Assembly (NCBI GenBank): GCA_963810935.1
Contig: CAWEPK010000010.1
Location: 297,208 to 361,207, forward strand
Source of the DNA: an uncultured delta proteobacterium
Lineage (GTDB): Bacteria; Desulfobacterota; Syntrophorhabdia; Syntrophorhabdales; WCHB1-27
Direction: 5' to 3'
Length of the DNA stretch: 64,000 nucleotides
Both the position numbers and the translations under genes were made by a program. Under the pieces are notes generated by a model, which did not search any database, was not told the DNA's origin, and saw only the letters and a list, made by a program, of their open reading frames with translations. Positions 48,953 to 59,382 of the stretch are shown here, piece after piece (position 1 is the stretch's first letter; the number at the start of each line of letters is the position of its first letter).

Positions 48953-50330
48953 CCCGAAGTGCTTCCGAGACGGCGACCGGCAGGTAGGCTTCATCCTCTT
49001 CCTGCACCGTACGCGCGTCGATGAGAAAACGTCCTTTCTCTATCCGTCCGATAACGGGGACTTCGAGCTTCCTCATGGCCCGCTCGAACTTCTCGACGGA
49101 AAAGCGTGCGGGCAGAAGCGACAGGCCGAAGGACAGAATGGAGACATCGGGGAGGCTGCCGCCGCCCACTTCAGAAGAGAGTTTCACCACTTCAACGGCT
49201 ACACCCGGCACCGCCTTTTTGATGCCCCGGGCGATACGAACCGCCCTCCGCTTAACAACGGCGACGTCCTCGTGGAGCATGCGCAAGACAGGTATCTCCC
49301 GCCCGGCCTTCTCCTTGTCGAGGTGCAAGAGTAGCGTCGCCTCAAGGGCGGCGAGCGTGAACTTGTCGGGCCGCAGTGCCCGCGTCAGCGGATTCCTTTT
49401 CATGGCCGCTATGTACTCGTCCTTGCCGGTGAGGATACCCGCCTGGGGGCCGCCGAGGAGCTTGTCGCCCGAGAACGAGACGACGTCCGCTTTTCGGGCC
49501 TCCTCCGATACCAGCGGCTCGCCGTGCCCGGTGAAAGTGCCGGAGTCGGAGAGGAGTCCACTGCCTGCGTCGTAATAGAAAGGGATATGACGGCTAGCCG
49601 CGACTCCGGCAAGCTCGGCGCTCGTCGCCTCGTGGACAAACCCCCTGATCCTGTAGTTGCTCGTGTGGGCCTTCATGATGAGCGCCGTCTTCTCGCCTAT
49701 GGCCTGCTCGTAGTCCTCCACGAAGGTCCTGTTCGTGGTGCCCACCTCCCGCAGGACGCACCCGCTTCTTTCCATGACCTCCGGTATCCTGAAGGCGCCC
49801 CCTATCTCGATCAGCTCGCCTCTGCTTATGATTACCTCACCGCCGAGCGCAAACGTATTGAGGGCAAGAAGGACCGCAGCCGCGTTGTTATTGACTATCA
49901 GCGCAGATTCCGCGCCCGTCAGCCTGGCGAGCAGCGAAACGCAGTGGGTGTAGCGGTCGCCCCGCTTGCCTTCGGCTAGGTCATATTCCAGGTTGGAGTA
50001 GCCGGAGGCTACTTCCACCAGCCGTGCAACCGCGTCTGCTGCGAGGGGCGAGCGGCCGAGGTTCGTATGTATTATCACGCCCGTACCGTTTATTACTTTT
50101 TTGAGCGCCGGCTTAATCGACAGGGCGGTCCGCTTCTCCGCATCCTGTATGAGCGCCTCCGCCGTCGGTATATCCTTGACGCTTCCTGCGATGACCGCCG
50201 CCCGCAGCTCTTCGAGCACCTCGCGCAGCCGGTCCTTTGCCAGTTGCGCGGGGTAGGCGGACAGCGCCTGCCATGCCGCGTGCTTCAGCAGGTCGTCCAC
50301 TTTGGGTATCTTGCGCAGCAGGTCCTTCAT
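48942..50330 (-). CDS. selA: L-seryl-tRNA(Sec) selenium transferase
   Basis: INGTGVIIHTNLGRS, VNNNAAAV, SRGELIEIGG, EVGTTNRT, FSGDKLLGGPQAG. Confidence 0.96.
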   Translation of the reverse strand: MKDLLRKIPKVDDLLKHAAWQALSAYPAQLAKDRLREVLEELRAAVIAGSVKDIPTAEALIQDAEKRTALSIKPALKKVINGTGVIIHTNLGRSPLAADAVARLVEVASGYSNLEYDLAEGKRGDRYTHCVSLLARLTGAESALIVNNNAAAVLLALNTFALGGEVIISRGELIEIGGAFRIPEVMERSGCVLREVGTTNRTFVEDYEQAIGEKTALIMKAHTSNYRIRGFVHEATSAELAGVAASRHIPFYYDAGSGLLSDSGTFTGHGEPLVSEEARKADVVSFSGDKLLGGPQAGILTGKDEYIAAMKRNPLTRALRPDKFTLAALEATLLLHLDKEKAGREIPVLRMLHEDVAVVKRRAVRIARGIKKAVPGVAVEVVKLSSEVGGGSLPDVSILSFGLSLLPARFSVEKFERAMRKLEVPVIGRIEKGRFLIDARTVQEEDEAYLPVAVSEALRDGR

Positions 50331-52027
50331 CGTCCGGCGATCGTCTTTAGAATTTTGAAGAGGTTCATCCGCAATATACCGGTCGGCCATTCAAGCTCCT
50401 TTTTTTCGCCGATTGTGCTGATGTTCTTCTCCATGTCGATGCGCAGCTCCGCCATTCTTTTTTCCCTGTCGGGACCATCCATCTCCATGACCCGGTCGAT
50501 CTCCCTGACCGCATCGAGCGAAAAGCCTATCTTCTTTTCGACTTGCCTGTATGTCTCCGCCGGGATGAGACCGTGCGCCATTTTCACGTTGTTCAGGGCA
50601 AGGGCCGCGCGATACGTACTGTCCACTATTTCGTCCCGGTTCATCCACTGCGTCTCGTAATTGAGAAAATACTTCCAGCCGGGGTTTTTCATCGCCTGTC
50701 TGTGCGACTCGACGTCCCTGAAGAAGAGCTTGTAGCCGTGCTCTTCGGGGGACTCGAAAACCATGCTTCCCGGATCGACGAAGGGGGCCAGAGGCGAGAT
50801 GAACGGAGTGGTCACCTTTGACTTTCCGAGGCCCTTCAGAAGATCGTCGCAGTAATCAACCGTTTTCATTACCGACCCGTAGTCCTGGTAAGGCAACCCG
50901 ATCATAAAAAACAGGTCGATCCGCCTGCACCCATATTGTATCAGAGTCTCGATCAGGGCCTCCATACTTTTGTTCGAATAGGGGCGGCCGAAGGCGTGCC
51001 GCACCTTCTCGTCGTGCGACTCCGGGGAGAGCTCTACGTTAAAGTTTCTTACTGCCTCGGCGATCATCCTGACGTGGGAGGTGTCCGGCGGGGTGAAGAA
51101 CTCGAAGACAAAGTCGTTGCTCACGCGCTCCTTCCTGAGCAGTGATAACAACCTCTCTCCATACTCCGGCCCGTTCTGGAAAAGGTCGCCTATAAGGAAG
51201 ATAGGGCCCCTGAGGTGGGCCGCCACCTCCTTTATCTCGCCGACGAGAAGCTCGGGCGATTTAAAAGCGGCCCTCTCCCTGCACCCCATGTTCCTGAAGG
51301 CAAAGCGGGAGCCGCCGCACGTCTTGCAGTTGTACGTGCAGCCTCTGCAAGTAAAAATCGCGGTTATGGGGTAGCGCGGCCAGTTGACGAATGGGACATA
51401 GCCTGCGAAGTCCCTGTACCGCATGACCTTCCTGATGATGTGTCCGTAGTCCGTGCGGCTGTAATCGAGATCGTCCGGCACGAACGTCAGCGGGTTGACT
51501 GTAACAGTCCCTTTGTCGCGGAAGGATACGTTCGGGACGTCGTAGGGAAGCTCGCCTTTTTTAATGGCCTCCATCAGCAGACGCAGCGGCTCCTCCGTCG
51601 AATCGCCCCTCACAACGTAATCGACCGTCGGGTAGCGCTCCAGCAGCTCCTTATGGAAATAAGTGGAGGAGAGCCCGCCGAAGATCACGGGCGTTCCCGG
51701 ATGGTGCTTCTTCACGATCTCGGATAAGGCTATCGCGCCCTGTATGTGGGGCATCCAATGGAGGTCAATGCCGAAGGCCCGTGCAGCGATGCGCTTGATC
51801 TCGGCTTCCGGGTCATAGCTCTTACTCTTCAGCATCTTGTATGCAACGTTGACGATCCTGACGGACAAGCCGAACCTATCCAGGTACTCCGAGAGGCTGG
51901 CAAAGCCGATGGGGTACATCTCGAAGATCGGCGTGGAAGGGATGACGTCGCTTATAGGCCCGTGGAGTACCGATTCCTTGCGGAAATCGTAGACGCTCGG
52001 CGGATGGAGAAGAACAAGGTCAATCAT
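50327..52027 (-). CDS. Cobalamin-binding radical SAM protein (TIGR04190-like)
   Basis: DLVLLHPPSVYDFR, FEMYPIGF, DLHWMPH, RGCTYNCKTCGG. Confidence 0.85.
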   Translation of the reverse strand: MIDLVLLHPPSVYDFRKESVLHGPISDVIPSTPIFEMYPIGFASLSEYLDRFGLSVRIVNVAYKMLKSKSYDPEAEIKRIAARAFGIDLHWMPHIQGAIALSEIVKKHHPGTPVIFGGLSSTYFHKELLERYPTVDYVVRGDSTEEPLRLLMEAIKKGELPYDVPNVSFRDKGTVTVNPLTFVPDDLDYSRTDYGHIIRKVMRYRDFAGYVPFVNWPRYPITAIFTCRGCTYNCKTCGGSRFAFRNMGCRERAAFKSPELLVGEIKEVAAHLRGPIFLIGDLFQNGPEYGERLLSLLRKERVSNDFVFEFFTPPDTSHVRMIAEAVRNFNVELSPESHDEKVRHAFGRPYSNKSMEALIETLIQYGCRRIDLFFMIGLPYQDYGSVMKTVDYCDDLLKGLGKSKVTTPFISPLAPFVDPGSMVFESPEEHGYKLFFRDVESHRQAMKNPGWKYFLNYETQWMNRDEIVDSTYRAALALNNVKMAHGLIPAETYRQVEKKIGFSLDAVREIDRVMEMDGPDREKRMAELRIDMEKNISTIGEKKELEWPTGILRMNLFKILKTIAGR

Positions 52028-52119
52028 CGTATTTTGTAACATATCGTGCATAGCGAATCAATCGGGGCCGCGACCGGCAGCGGCTTGCAAATACAGCGCC
52101 GGTTGAATATCATATACTG

Positions 52120-52911
52120 ATGAGCGACTTACTTGAATTCGCAGTCGACCTCGCCTTCGAGGCGGGCAGGATACAAAAAGAACGCTACCGGCAGCGCCAC
52201 TCGATCTTCCACAAGGGGGAGATCGATATAGTCACGGACGTCGACCTTGCATGCCAGGAACGTCTCATCTCCCTGATTGCACAGCGCTTCCCCAAGGACC
52301 GCGTCATAAGCGAGGAGAAGGAGAACGTTTACGAAGGGGAAGGCAACAGGTGGATCATCGACCCCATCGACGGGACTACCAACTACGCGCACGGTTACCC
52401 GTTCTTTTGCGTGTCGGTAGCTTACGAGACGGCGGGCAGGGTCACCTGCGGCGTAGTTTACAACCCCATATTCGACGAGCTTTTCTTCGCCGAGGAGGGA
52501 AAGGGGTCGTACCTGAACGGCATGAAGCTGGAAGTATCGGAGACCGGCGATCTGAAGAAGTCCCTTCTGGTCACGGGCTTCCCTTACGATATAACCACGA
52601 GCAGCATGAATAACGTCGACAATTTCGTCTCCTTTCTCCATCGCGCCCAGGCAGTGCGGCGGGATGGGTCAGCCGCCCTCAACCTCGCGTATGTGGCCGC
52701 AGGCCGTTTCGAGAGTTTCTGGGAGCTGAAGCTGAACCCGTGGGACGTAGCCGCAGGGGTGCTCATCGTAAAGGAAGCGGGCGGAGTCGTCACCGATTTC
52801 GGCGGCAGCCCGTTCAGCATATACGGCGGACAGATAGTCGCCTCGAACGGCGTAGTCCACGAGGAGATGCTGCGCGTCCTTAAAGGGGACGGCAAGAAGA
52901 GGCAGGCTTGA
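52120..52911 (+). CDS. suhB: Inositol monophosphatase family protein
   Basis: SEE, WIIDPIDGTTNY, RRDGSAAL, PWDVAAG. Confidence 0.92.
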   Translation: MSDLLEFAVDLAFEAGRIQKERYRQRHSIFHKGEIDIVTDVDLACQERLISLIAQRFPKDRVISEEKENVYEGEGNRWIIDPIDGTTNYAHGYPFFCVSVAYETAGRVTCGVVYNPIFDELFFAEEGKGSYLNGMKLEVSETGDLKKSLLVTGFPYDITTSSMNNVDNFVSFLHRAQAVRRDGSAALNLAYVAAGRFESFWELKLNPWDVAAGVLIVKEAGGVVTDFGGSPFSIYGGQIVASNGVVHEEMLRVLKGDGKKRQA

Positions 52912-53810
52912 AAAAAGGCCAGGACATAAAGGACAGGCTTGGCGAATGCCGGATAGATCTCGAGGACGCGAGGGGCCTTGCATCCGCAAGGGAACAGATG
53001 CTCATCGACAATGTAAAGGAGCTTAACGAGGTCTACAGCGCCTTAAGCGACAAAATGCGAGAGGTCCGGGAAAGGGACGAGCGGATCAGGGCGCTCGACG
53101 AAGTGCTTACGCGGGCCAACCGCCTCTCCGCCCTGGGCGAGCTTGCGGCTTCCATTGCCCATGAGATAAAGAACCCGTTGATCGCCATCCAGGGCTTTGC
53201 CCGAAAGGTAGAGGATTCAGACAACCCCGATAACATAAAGAGATATGGCGGCTATATCGAGCACGAGTCGCAGAGGCTCTCAGCCGTGCTCGCACGCCTC
53301 CTCGATTTTTCGCGCATGTCGACGCCTGTCAGGGAGAAACTGGACGTGAATGTCGTCCTGGACGACACGATCCTGTTCATGGAGCACCACCTGACCCGCT
53401 TCAGGAACATCGCCCTGACCGTGGAAAAAACCGAAAGCCTGCCTGCCGTTTACGCGGACAAGATACATATACAGCAGGCGATGGTGAATATCATGATGAA
53501 CGCTGCCCAGGCCATGCCGGAGGGAGGGCCCATAGTCGTGCGCACCGGGATGAGGCCGCCTGATCACGTCTGGGTATCGGTGACCGATGCCGGCGCGGGG
53601 ATTGCACCAGAGCACATAGAGAAGATCTTCGATCCCTTTTTTACGACAAAAGAGAAGGGGCAGGGAACGGGTCTGGGCCTATCCCTGACCAAGAAGCTGG
53701 TCGAGGCAAACAGCGGCGCCATCGAGGTGGAGAGCGTGCCCGGCCGGGGCAGCACCTTCCGTATACTGCTCGCAGTAAGCGCGTCCACGACCGAGCAACA
53801 GGCGCGATAG
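52908..53810 (+). CDS. Cytoplasmic histidine kinase
   Basis: IAHEIKNPL, NIMMNA, DAGAGI, GTGLGL; no TM segment. Confidence 0.88.
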   Translation: MKKGQDIKDRLGECRIDLEDARGLASAREQMLIDNVKELNEVYSALSDKMREVRERDERIRALDEVLTRANRLSALGELAASIAHEIKNPLIAIQGFARKVEDSDNPDNIKRYGGYIEHESQRLSAVLARLLDFSRMSTPVREKLDVNVVLDDTILFMEHHLTRFRNIALTVEKTESLPAVYADKIHIQQAMVNIMMNAAQAMPEGGPIVVRTGMRPPDHVWVSVTDAGAGIAPEHIEKIFDPFFTTKEKGQGTGLGLSLTKKLVEANSGAIEVESVPGRGSTFRILLAVSASTTEQQAR

Positions 53811-53885
53811 GCGCTAAGACCTTCCATCCCCGCCTTGTTTATGGTATCCTGAATCTATATTTTCGGTTCAAGAAAGGTGTATTAG

Positions 53886-54410
53886 ATGAAGTTCAGCATT
53901 ATCCGGTCCGAGCTTGGTGCTATTATCCTATTTGCCCGGAACGGCCGCCTTTCCGGCGTTGACCTCTTCGCCGGGGGCCTGAGCGAGGCCCGCGCCTGGG
54001 TAGCCGCTGCCTTGCCCGGCGCCAAAGAGGACGGCGCCCATTTCGAGCCTGTCGCCGACCTTTTGGCCGGCTATCTCGACGGCGCGCGCGTGGACTTCAG
54101 GGTTCAGGTGGACCTCGAAGGGCTTCAGCCTTTCACAAGACGCGTGCTCGAAGAAACCAGAAAAATACCTTACGGCAAGGTGGCGAGCTACCGGTCGATT
54201 GCCGTGCGTCTCGGCGCGCCCCAGGCCGCAAGGGCCGTGGGCCAGGCGCTGGGGCGAAACCCTGTCCCCCTCGTCATACCGTGCCATCGCGTTATCAGGA
54301 GCGACGGCTCTCTCGGCGGCTTCGGTATGGGCCTCGATGTAAAGACGAAGCTGCTTTCCATAGAAGGCGTGGACGCGCAAGATCTGCGGAAATCGACTAT
54401 CTTCTCCTGA
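53886..54410 (+). CDS. ogt: Methylated-DNA-protein-cysteine methyltransferase
   Basis: IPYG, ARAVGQA, IPCHRV. Confidence 0.92.
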   Translation: MKFSIIRSELGAIILFARNGRLSGVDLFAGGLSEARAWVAAALPGAKEDGAHFEPVADLLAGYLDGARVDFRVQVDLEGLQPFTRRVLEETRKIPYGKVASYRSIAVRLGAPQAARAVGQALGRNPVPLVIPCHRVIRSDGSLGGFGMGLDVKTKLLSIEGVDAQDLRKSTIFS

Positions 54411-54431
54411 TCCCGCCCGGGAAGGTTGACT

Positions 54432-54926
54432 ATGAGACAATGGTTCGTAGTGAACACCAAGCCGAAAAACGAGAACCGCGCGTCCCATAATCTATCGAAC
54501 GCCGGTTACGACGTGCTCAACCCCAGGCTCAAGGTGCGCAAATACCGGGACGGCAAGTTCGTAGAGCTCGTCGAGGCGATGTTCCCGAATTATATATTCA
54601 CAAAATTTCACGCCATAGACGACTACCACATGGTTAAGTACGCAAGGGGCGTCAACAAGATCGTTACCTTCGGGGGGAAAATGGTCCCCCTCCAGGAAGA
54701 ATTCATCGAGTTCATCCGGGGCAGGCTCGTGGACGGCGTAGCACACATCGAGAAGAAGCGGTTCAAAAAGGGGGAGAAGGTTTTTATCAAGGACGGTCCT
54801 TTCAAGGGGCTGGGCGGTATCTTCGAGCGCGACCTTGAAGGTGAAGAGAGGGCGATGATCCTCCTTGAAGGCATAAATTTCTACGCAAAGATGGTGATCG
54901 ACTCGGACCTGATCGCAGCACCTTAA
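54432..54926 (+). CDS. NusG paralog, RfaH-like antiterminator
   Basis: WFVVNTKPKNE, AMFPNYIF, KOW motif GEKVFIKDGPFKG. Confidence 0.85.
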   Translation: MRQWFVVNTKPKNENRASHNLSNAGYDVLNPRLKVRKYRDGKFVELVEAMFPNYIFTKFHAIDDYHMVKYARGVNKIVTFGGKMVPLQEEFIEFIRGRLVDGVAHIEKKRFKKGEKVFIKDGPFKGLGGIFERDLEGEERAMILLEGINFYAKMVIDSDLIAAP

Positions 54927-54940
54927 TATCGACGCACAAT

Positions 54941-55492
54941 CTATTGCTTGTATTTACCCGTGATCGTCGCCGTCGCGAGGACCTTGCCTTCCAGGGCCTT
55001 GTTGAAGGCTGAAAGCGTCGCGTCCGCGGGTAGCTTGAGCTTTTCCGAGCTGAGGGCGTAGACGGTGAAAACATACGGGTGCTCGCCCGTGCCTTTCGGC
55101 GGCTGCGGTCCGCCATAGCCTGTTTGCCCGAAAGAATTCTTCATCTCTACGGACTCGGGCGGCATCTTTTTCCCCGACGCCCCTTCGGCCAAAGAAACTG
55201 TGCCCGCCGGTATATCGATCACCATCCAATGGACCCAACTGTGGGCCACGGGGTGCAGGTCGACAACGGAAAGGGCGAACGATCTGGTGCCGGGCGGCGC
55301 GTTTTTCCATGAAAGAGGGACCGAGACGTTCTTACCGCCCGCGGCCGGCATAGCGTACTGCGCAGGCATCCTGCCGCCGTCCGAAAAAGCGCTCGATGAA
55401 ATTTCCATTGCTCTCCCTCCTTCCACGCTTACCGCATTAAAAGCCGTAAGGACAACCCATACAAGAAGCCACATCCGCGCCGCAGTCTTCAC
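54941..55492 (-). CDS. YbhB/YbcL (PEBP) family protein
   Basis: GKNVSVPLSW, WVHW, GYGGPQPP, HPYVFTVYAL; start is GTG 55492 (with signal) or ATG near 55408. Confidence 0.88.
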   Translation of the reverse strand: MKTAARMWLLVWVVLTAFNAVSVEGGRAMEISSSAFSDGGRMPAQYAMPAAGGKNVSVPLSWKNAPPGTRSFALSVVDLHPVAHSWVHWMVIDIPAGTVSLAEGASGKKMPPESVEMKNSFGQTGYGGPQPPKGTGEHPYVFTVYALSSEKLKLPADATLSAFNKALEGKVLATATITGKYKQ

Positions 55493-55598
55493 GCGTCCCC
55501 CAGCGTCCGCCGTCCCATATGATAATAATGTAAGCAAGCGGCCCGGTCCGTCAACCGCACGGTTTTTACGGGCATCGGCAGGCGGTATTTTGAAGGAA

Positions 55599-57380
55599 CT
55601 AGACTTTCCTGCCCCGGCGCCTTTTCTGCTGCCTGCGCTTTCGTCCACCCGTGCAGATTGCGGCAAGGCAAACGGAAAGGATAAGAAAGGCCGCATACGG
55701 ATGCGTGACGCAGCCGACAATGGGCGTCAGGACAAACCGCGCGGCGGCCCGGAGCGCCGGGCGGGCGGCTATGAGGCGCGCCGTAGACGGCGAAAAGCGG
55801 TAATAAAGGGCGACAAACACCCTGCCCGGCCCATTGGTAAGCAGGTAGTCGTCCCTGAAAGCCCTTAAAGCCGCGACGTGCGGGTCGAGATAGGAACCAT
55901 AGGCTGCCGTCGCTATGAAGCACCAGTGCTCGTGCTTCTGCTCCGTCTGAAAAGTCCACGTGTAGGCGGCTGCTATGTTCTGGCCGGCGGTGCTTTGCAC
56001 CCCCGTGCCGATAGTGACAGTGTAGTTCGTATAGAAATCCAGGTTCTTGTTCGGGATGAAGGTAGCCGTGAACGTCGTGGGATCATAGTTCACTGCGCCA
56101 GCCACGGGAGGATTGAAAGTGAAGGTCGAAGCCGTGAGAGTGGACGGGTCCATGTCGAGGCTGAAGGTGGCGGAGATCCTGGAATCGACCTCCACGTTCG
56201 TTGATCCGTTCGGCGGCACGGTGAAGATAACCGTCGGGCGGACGCTGAAGCCGCTCGACGCAATCTCCTTCGGCGCGTATTGGGTGCTGCTCCCCCCGTC
56301 GCCCAACTGGCCGCTTGAATCATCACCCCAGGCCCATAGCGAGCCGTCGGTCGCAATGGCAACGGCAAAATCGGCGCCTGCCGCCACCGCCGCCCAGGTC
56401 TCGCTCCCCGAAACCTGCGTAGGGACGTTGCTGCTAATGGTCCCGCCGTTGCCGAGCTGGCCGCTTGAGTTGTCGCCCCATCCCCACATGGTGCCGTCCT
56501 GGGCGATGGCAAGTACGAAGTCCGACCCGGCCGCAACTGCGGTCCAGGCGCCCGGCCCTCCCAGCACCTGCACGGGAACATTGCTCGTGGACGTCGTGAT
56601 CGTGTTGTTGCCTAATTGCCCGATGTTGTTGTTCCCCCAGGCCCAGAGGGTGCCGTCCGACCTGCGGGCAACGGCGAAGTCCGATCCGGCCGTGACCTGG
56701 GTCCAGACATTGCCGGAGGCTATCTGGGCGGGCGCATTAGTACTGGTATTGTTGCCGTTTCCTATCTGGCCTGCGCTGTTCGCACCCCACGTCCAGAGGG
56801 TATTGTTAGACTGCAGCGCTACTGCGAAGGCGGTCCCCGTAGCGACTGATGCCCAGTTCGATGTGCCTATCGCTATCTGTGCGGGGGTGTTGGTGCTCGT
56901 ATTGTTGCTGTTTCCGAGCTGGCCGCTTAGGTTGTCTCCCCACGTATAGAGGGTGCCCGCCGAGTTGATGGCCACGGCAAAATCCAACCCTGCGGCGATA
57001 GTCGTCCAGGTCGTGCCTGCCGCTATCTGGCCGGGCGTGTTGGTGCTGTTATTGTTACCGTTTCCGAGTTGGCCGTTCGCATTGCCTCCCCATGTCCAGA
57101 GCGAGCCGTCGGTCGCTATGGCGGCCATGAAATTCGACCCTGCGGCGACCATGTTCCAGGTGGAGGTGCCGACCTGGATGGGCGTATTCTCACCTGTGTT
57201 CGAGCCGTTGCCGAGCTGGCCGCTCCCGTCGGCCCCCCACGTCCACAGGGTACTATCGGTCTTTATAGCCGCCGAGAAGTTCGATCCGGCGGTAATCGTC
57301 TCCGCCCCCGCTTCAGACACGCAAGCCAGGACGAGCAGCATACAGATCAAGGCGGATATGATTCCCGATCTTATAGACAC
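55599..57380 (-). CDS. Secreted RCC1-repeat beta-propeller + Ig-like domain + CFI-box-CTERM protein
   Basis: Signal peptide, seven LWxWG..GQLG repeats, SATFS..MDP..YTVTI..WTFQT Ig-like domain, [31 protein letters not shown] and basic tail. Confidence 0.88.
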   Translation of the reverse strand: MSIRSGIISALICMLLVLACVSEAGAETITAGSNFSAAIKTDSTLWTWGADGSGQLGNGSNTGENTPIQVGTSTWNMVAAGSNFMAAIATDGSLWTWGGNANGQLGNGNNNSTNTPGQIAAGTTWTTIAAGLDFAVAINSAGTLYTWGDNLSGQLGNSNNTSTNTPAQIAIGTSNWASVATGTAFAVALQSNNTLWTWGANSAGQIGNGNNTSTNAPAQIASGNVWTQVTAGSDFAVARRSDGTLWAWGNNNIGQLGNNTITTSTSNVPVQVLGGPGAWTAVAAGSDFVLAIAQDGTMWGWGDNSSGQLGNGGTISSNVPTQVSGSETWAAVAAGADFAVAIATDGSLWAWGDDSSGQLGDGGSSTQYAPKEIASSGFSVRPTVIFTVPPNGSTNVEVDSRISATFSLDMDPSTLTASTFTFNPPVAGAVNYDPTTFTATFIPNKNLDFYTNYTVTIGTGVQSTAGQNIAAAYTWTFQTEQKHEHWCFIATAAYGSYLDPHVAALRAFRDDYLLTNGPGRVFVALYYRFSPSTARLIAARPALRAAARFVLTPIVGCVTHPYAAFLILSVCLAAICTGGRKRRQQKRRRGRKV

Positions 57381-57455
57381 GGCAACTCCCGCTTGAGTAG
57401 GAACGGTCCCTCGTATATTGTATCGTGTTTCGGGTCCGGATGGTTACAAATCGTT

Positions 57456-58421
57456 TCAGGGGGCCGGCATTTTTGATCGCTTCGCACCCTGAGGGGCGCC
57501 TCGTGTACCGCCTTGCGGTCTTATTCGTCCCTGCCCGTCCCCGACGCCTGCCAGGTTCTCCATGAGCTGGATGACGGCCGAATAATCCTCTTCATGTCCC
57601 TTTGCCATTCGGGCTGCGCACATCTGCCGGGCGACCGCGGTCGCGGGCATCGATACGGCGCGTTCGGCCGCCTCCTCGAGGACAAGACCGAAGTCCTTGT
57701 ACATCAAGCGCAAGGCGAAGGTGACCGGATACTCTTCCCGCAGAGCGTTCGCCAGCTTGGAGCGGTGGCCGGGCGCCACTACGGCCGTCTGCCCCAGCAC
57801 GTCGAGGAGCCTCTCCCTGGGCAGGCCCGCTTTTTGCCCGAGCGCGACCGCCTCGGCTATCGCCTGAAGGCCGACGCCTAATAGCGTGTTGACGACCAGC
57901 TTCATGGCCGCGCCTGCCCCGCTCGGGCCCATGTAAAAGACATTCGAGGCCAGCACATCGAGGATCGGCTTAACATGCTCGCAGGCGGCCGGGTCGCCGC
58001 CCGCGAAAACGACCAGGCTTCCCTGCTCGGCCTGGGGCGTGCTGCCGGAAACTGCCGCGTCGATCATAGAGACGCCGCGCCCGCGCCCTTTTTCGGCAAG
58101 CTCGCGCGAGACCATGGGCGATACGGTGCTCAGGTTCACGAAATAAGACCCGCGGCTATGGCCGGCAAACGCTCCGTCGGGACCGAAGACGACCCCCCGC
58201 AAAACGGAGTCGTCCGGGACCGAGCAGAGTACCACGTCGGAGGCGCCGGCGGCGTCTTTTGGGGTGCGGGCCGCCCTAGACCCCTCCCGTTCGAAGGGGC
58301 GCATTTTCTCCGCAGACACATCGTAAACCGCAAGGACATAGCCCGCCGCCATGATGCGCCGCGCCATTCGGCTACCCATATTTCCCAGCCCGATGAACCC
58401 GATCCTCTCTTTATCCGCCAC
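57456..58421 (-). CDS. NAD(P)-dependent beta-hydroxyacid dehydrogenase
   Basis: GFIGLGNMG, DAAVSG, GAAMKLVVN, KDFGL. Confidence 0.9.
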   Translation of the reverse strand: MADKERIGFIGLGNMGSRMARRIMAAGYVLAVYDVSAEKMRPFEREGSRAARTPKDAAGASDVVLCSVPDDSVLRGVVFGPDGAFAGHSRGSYFVNLSTVSPMVSRELAEKGRGRGVSMIDAAVSGSTPQAEQGSLVVFAGGDPAACEHVKPILDVLASNVFYMGPSGAGAAMKLVVNTLLGVGLQAIAEAVALGQKAGLPRERLLDVLGQTAVVAPGHRSKLANALREEYPVTFALRLMYKDFGLVLEEAAERAVSMPATAVARQMCAARMAKGHEEDYSAVIQLMENLAGVGDGQGRIRPQGGTRGAPQGAKRSKMPAP

Positions 58422-58593
58422 GCCGCCACCTCCGAATTATGTGCTGAATTTTGCGAAGCACCGGTTGGAGCTAAATTAGTTTCTCCCCTTAACCCTGTCA
58501 ACACAGGCGCCTCTTCCCCAAGGAACAAAGCGAACAGTTGACGCGGGACGCCCAAAGTGTTACATTAAGGCCAATCTAGACTAGGAGGCGCTG

Positions 58594-58866
58594 TTGAGAA
58601 AAAATAAATCCGCTATAAAAAGGGCGGCCCAGTCGGAAAAAAGGCGTTTGCGGAACTCGCACGTCAAATCCACTATGAAGACGCAAATCAAGAAGGCGCT
58701 GGCCACGGTTAACGAAAAGGACAAGGCGAACGTCGAGGCCGCCACCAAGGCTGCGATTTCCTATCTCGACAAGGCATCCTCCAAGGGCGTCATCCATAAG
58801 AACCAGGCTTCCCGAAGGATATCGAGACTGGCCAAAAAAGCCCACAAGGTCATGACCGAGGTTTAG
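58594..58866 (+). CDS. rpsT: 30S ribosomal protein S20
   Basis: [41 protein letters not shown] start with AGGAGG RBS. Confidence 0.96.
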   Translation: MRKNKSAIKRAAQSEKRRLRNSHVKSTMKTQIKKALATVNEKDKANVEAATKAAISYLDKASSKGVIHKNQASRRISRLAKKAHKVMTEV

Positions 58867-58891
58867 GCGGCGTCACATAGAATTTGAAGCG

Positions 58892-58919
58892 AGGACGGCC
58901 CTGGCAGGCCGTCCTTTTT
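58892..58919 (+). terminator. Rho-independent terminator after rpsT
   Basis: AGGACGGCC-ctggca-GGCCGTCCT followed by a T-run. Confidence 0.8.
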
Positions 58920-58926
58920 GTTCCGC

Positions 58927-59382
58927 CTATTTGGCGCATTCACCCGTCGAGCCGGGCTTGCACTTTTTCCCATCGACCCACAGGGCATCCGACAGATCGG
59001 CCGAGGAGAAATCGGCGCCGTCGAGGATTGCCTTATAGAACCGCGCTTCCTTCAGGTTGGCGCCGGTCAGCTTTGCATTTTTCAGGTTCGCCAGATTGAG
59101 CTTCGCCCCCGTGAGGTCCGCATCCGTTAGGTTTGCCCCCGTCAGGTTGGCTTGGCCGAGCTGCACGCCCGCCAGGTCCGCTTTGGATAGGTTTGCCTTT
59201 TGCAGGTCTGCATAAGCGAGGTTTACGCCTGTCAGGTCTGCCCCGCTAAGGTCGCAGCCTGCACAGTTATATATGGCCTTCACCCTTTCGAGGTCGGCCG
59301 GCTTGAACGCCGCACCGACACCGGGCAGCGCCGTGAAAACCGCAAGGCCGCAAATAAGCACAATGATAGGCTTGGTCTTCAA
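58927..59382 (-). CDS. Exported pentapeptide-repeat protein
   Basis: TTG start overlapping the upstream stop, signal peptide, CAGCDLSGADL, A(D/N)Lxx repeats, WVDGKKC. Confidence 0.85.
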   Translation of the reverse strand: MKTKPIIVLICGLAVFTALPGVGAAFKPADLERVKAIYNCAGCDLSGADLTGVNLAYADLQKANLSKADLAGVQLGQANLTGANLTDADLTGAKLNLANLKNAKLTGANLKEARFYKAILDGADFSSADLSDALWVDGKKCKPGSTGECAK

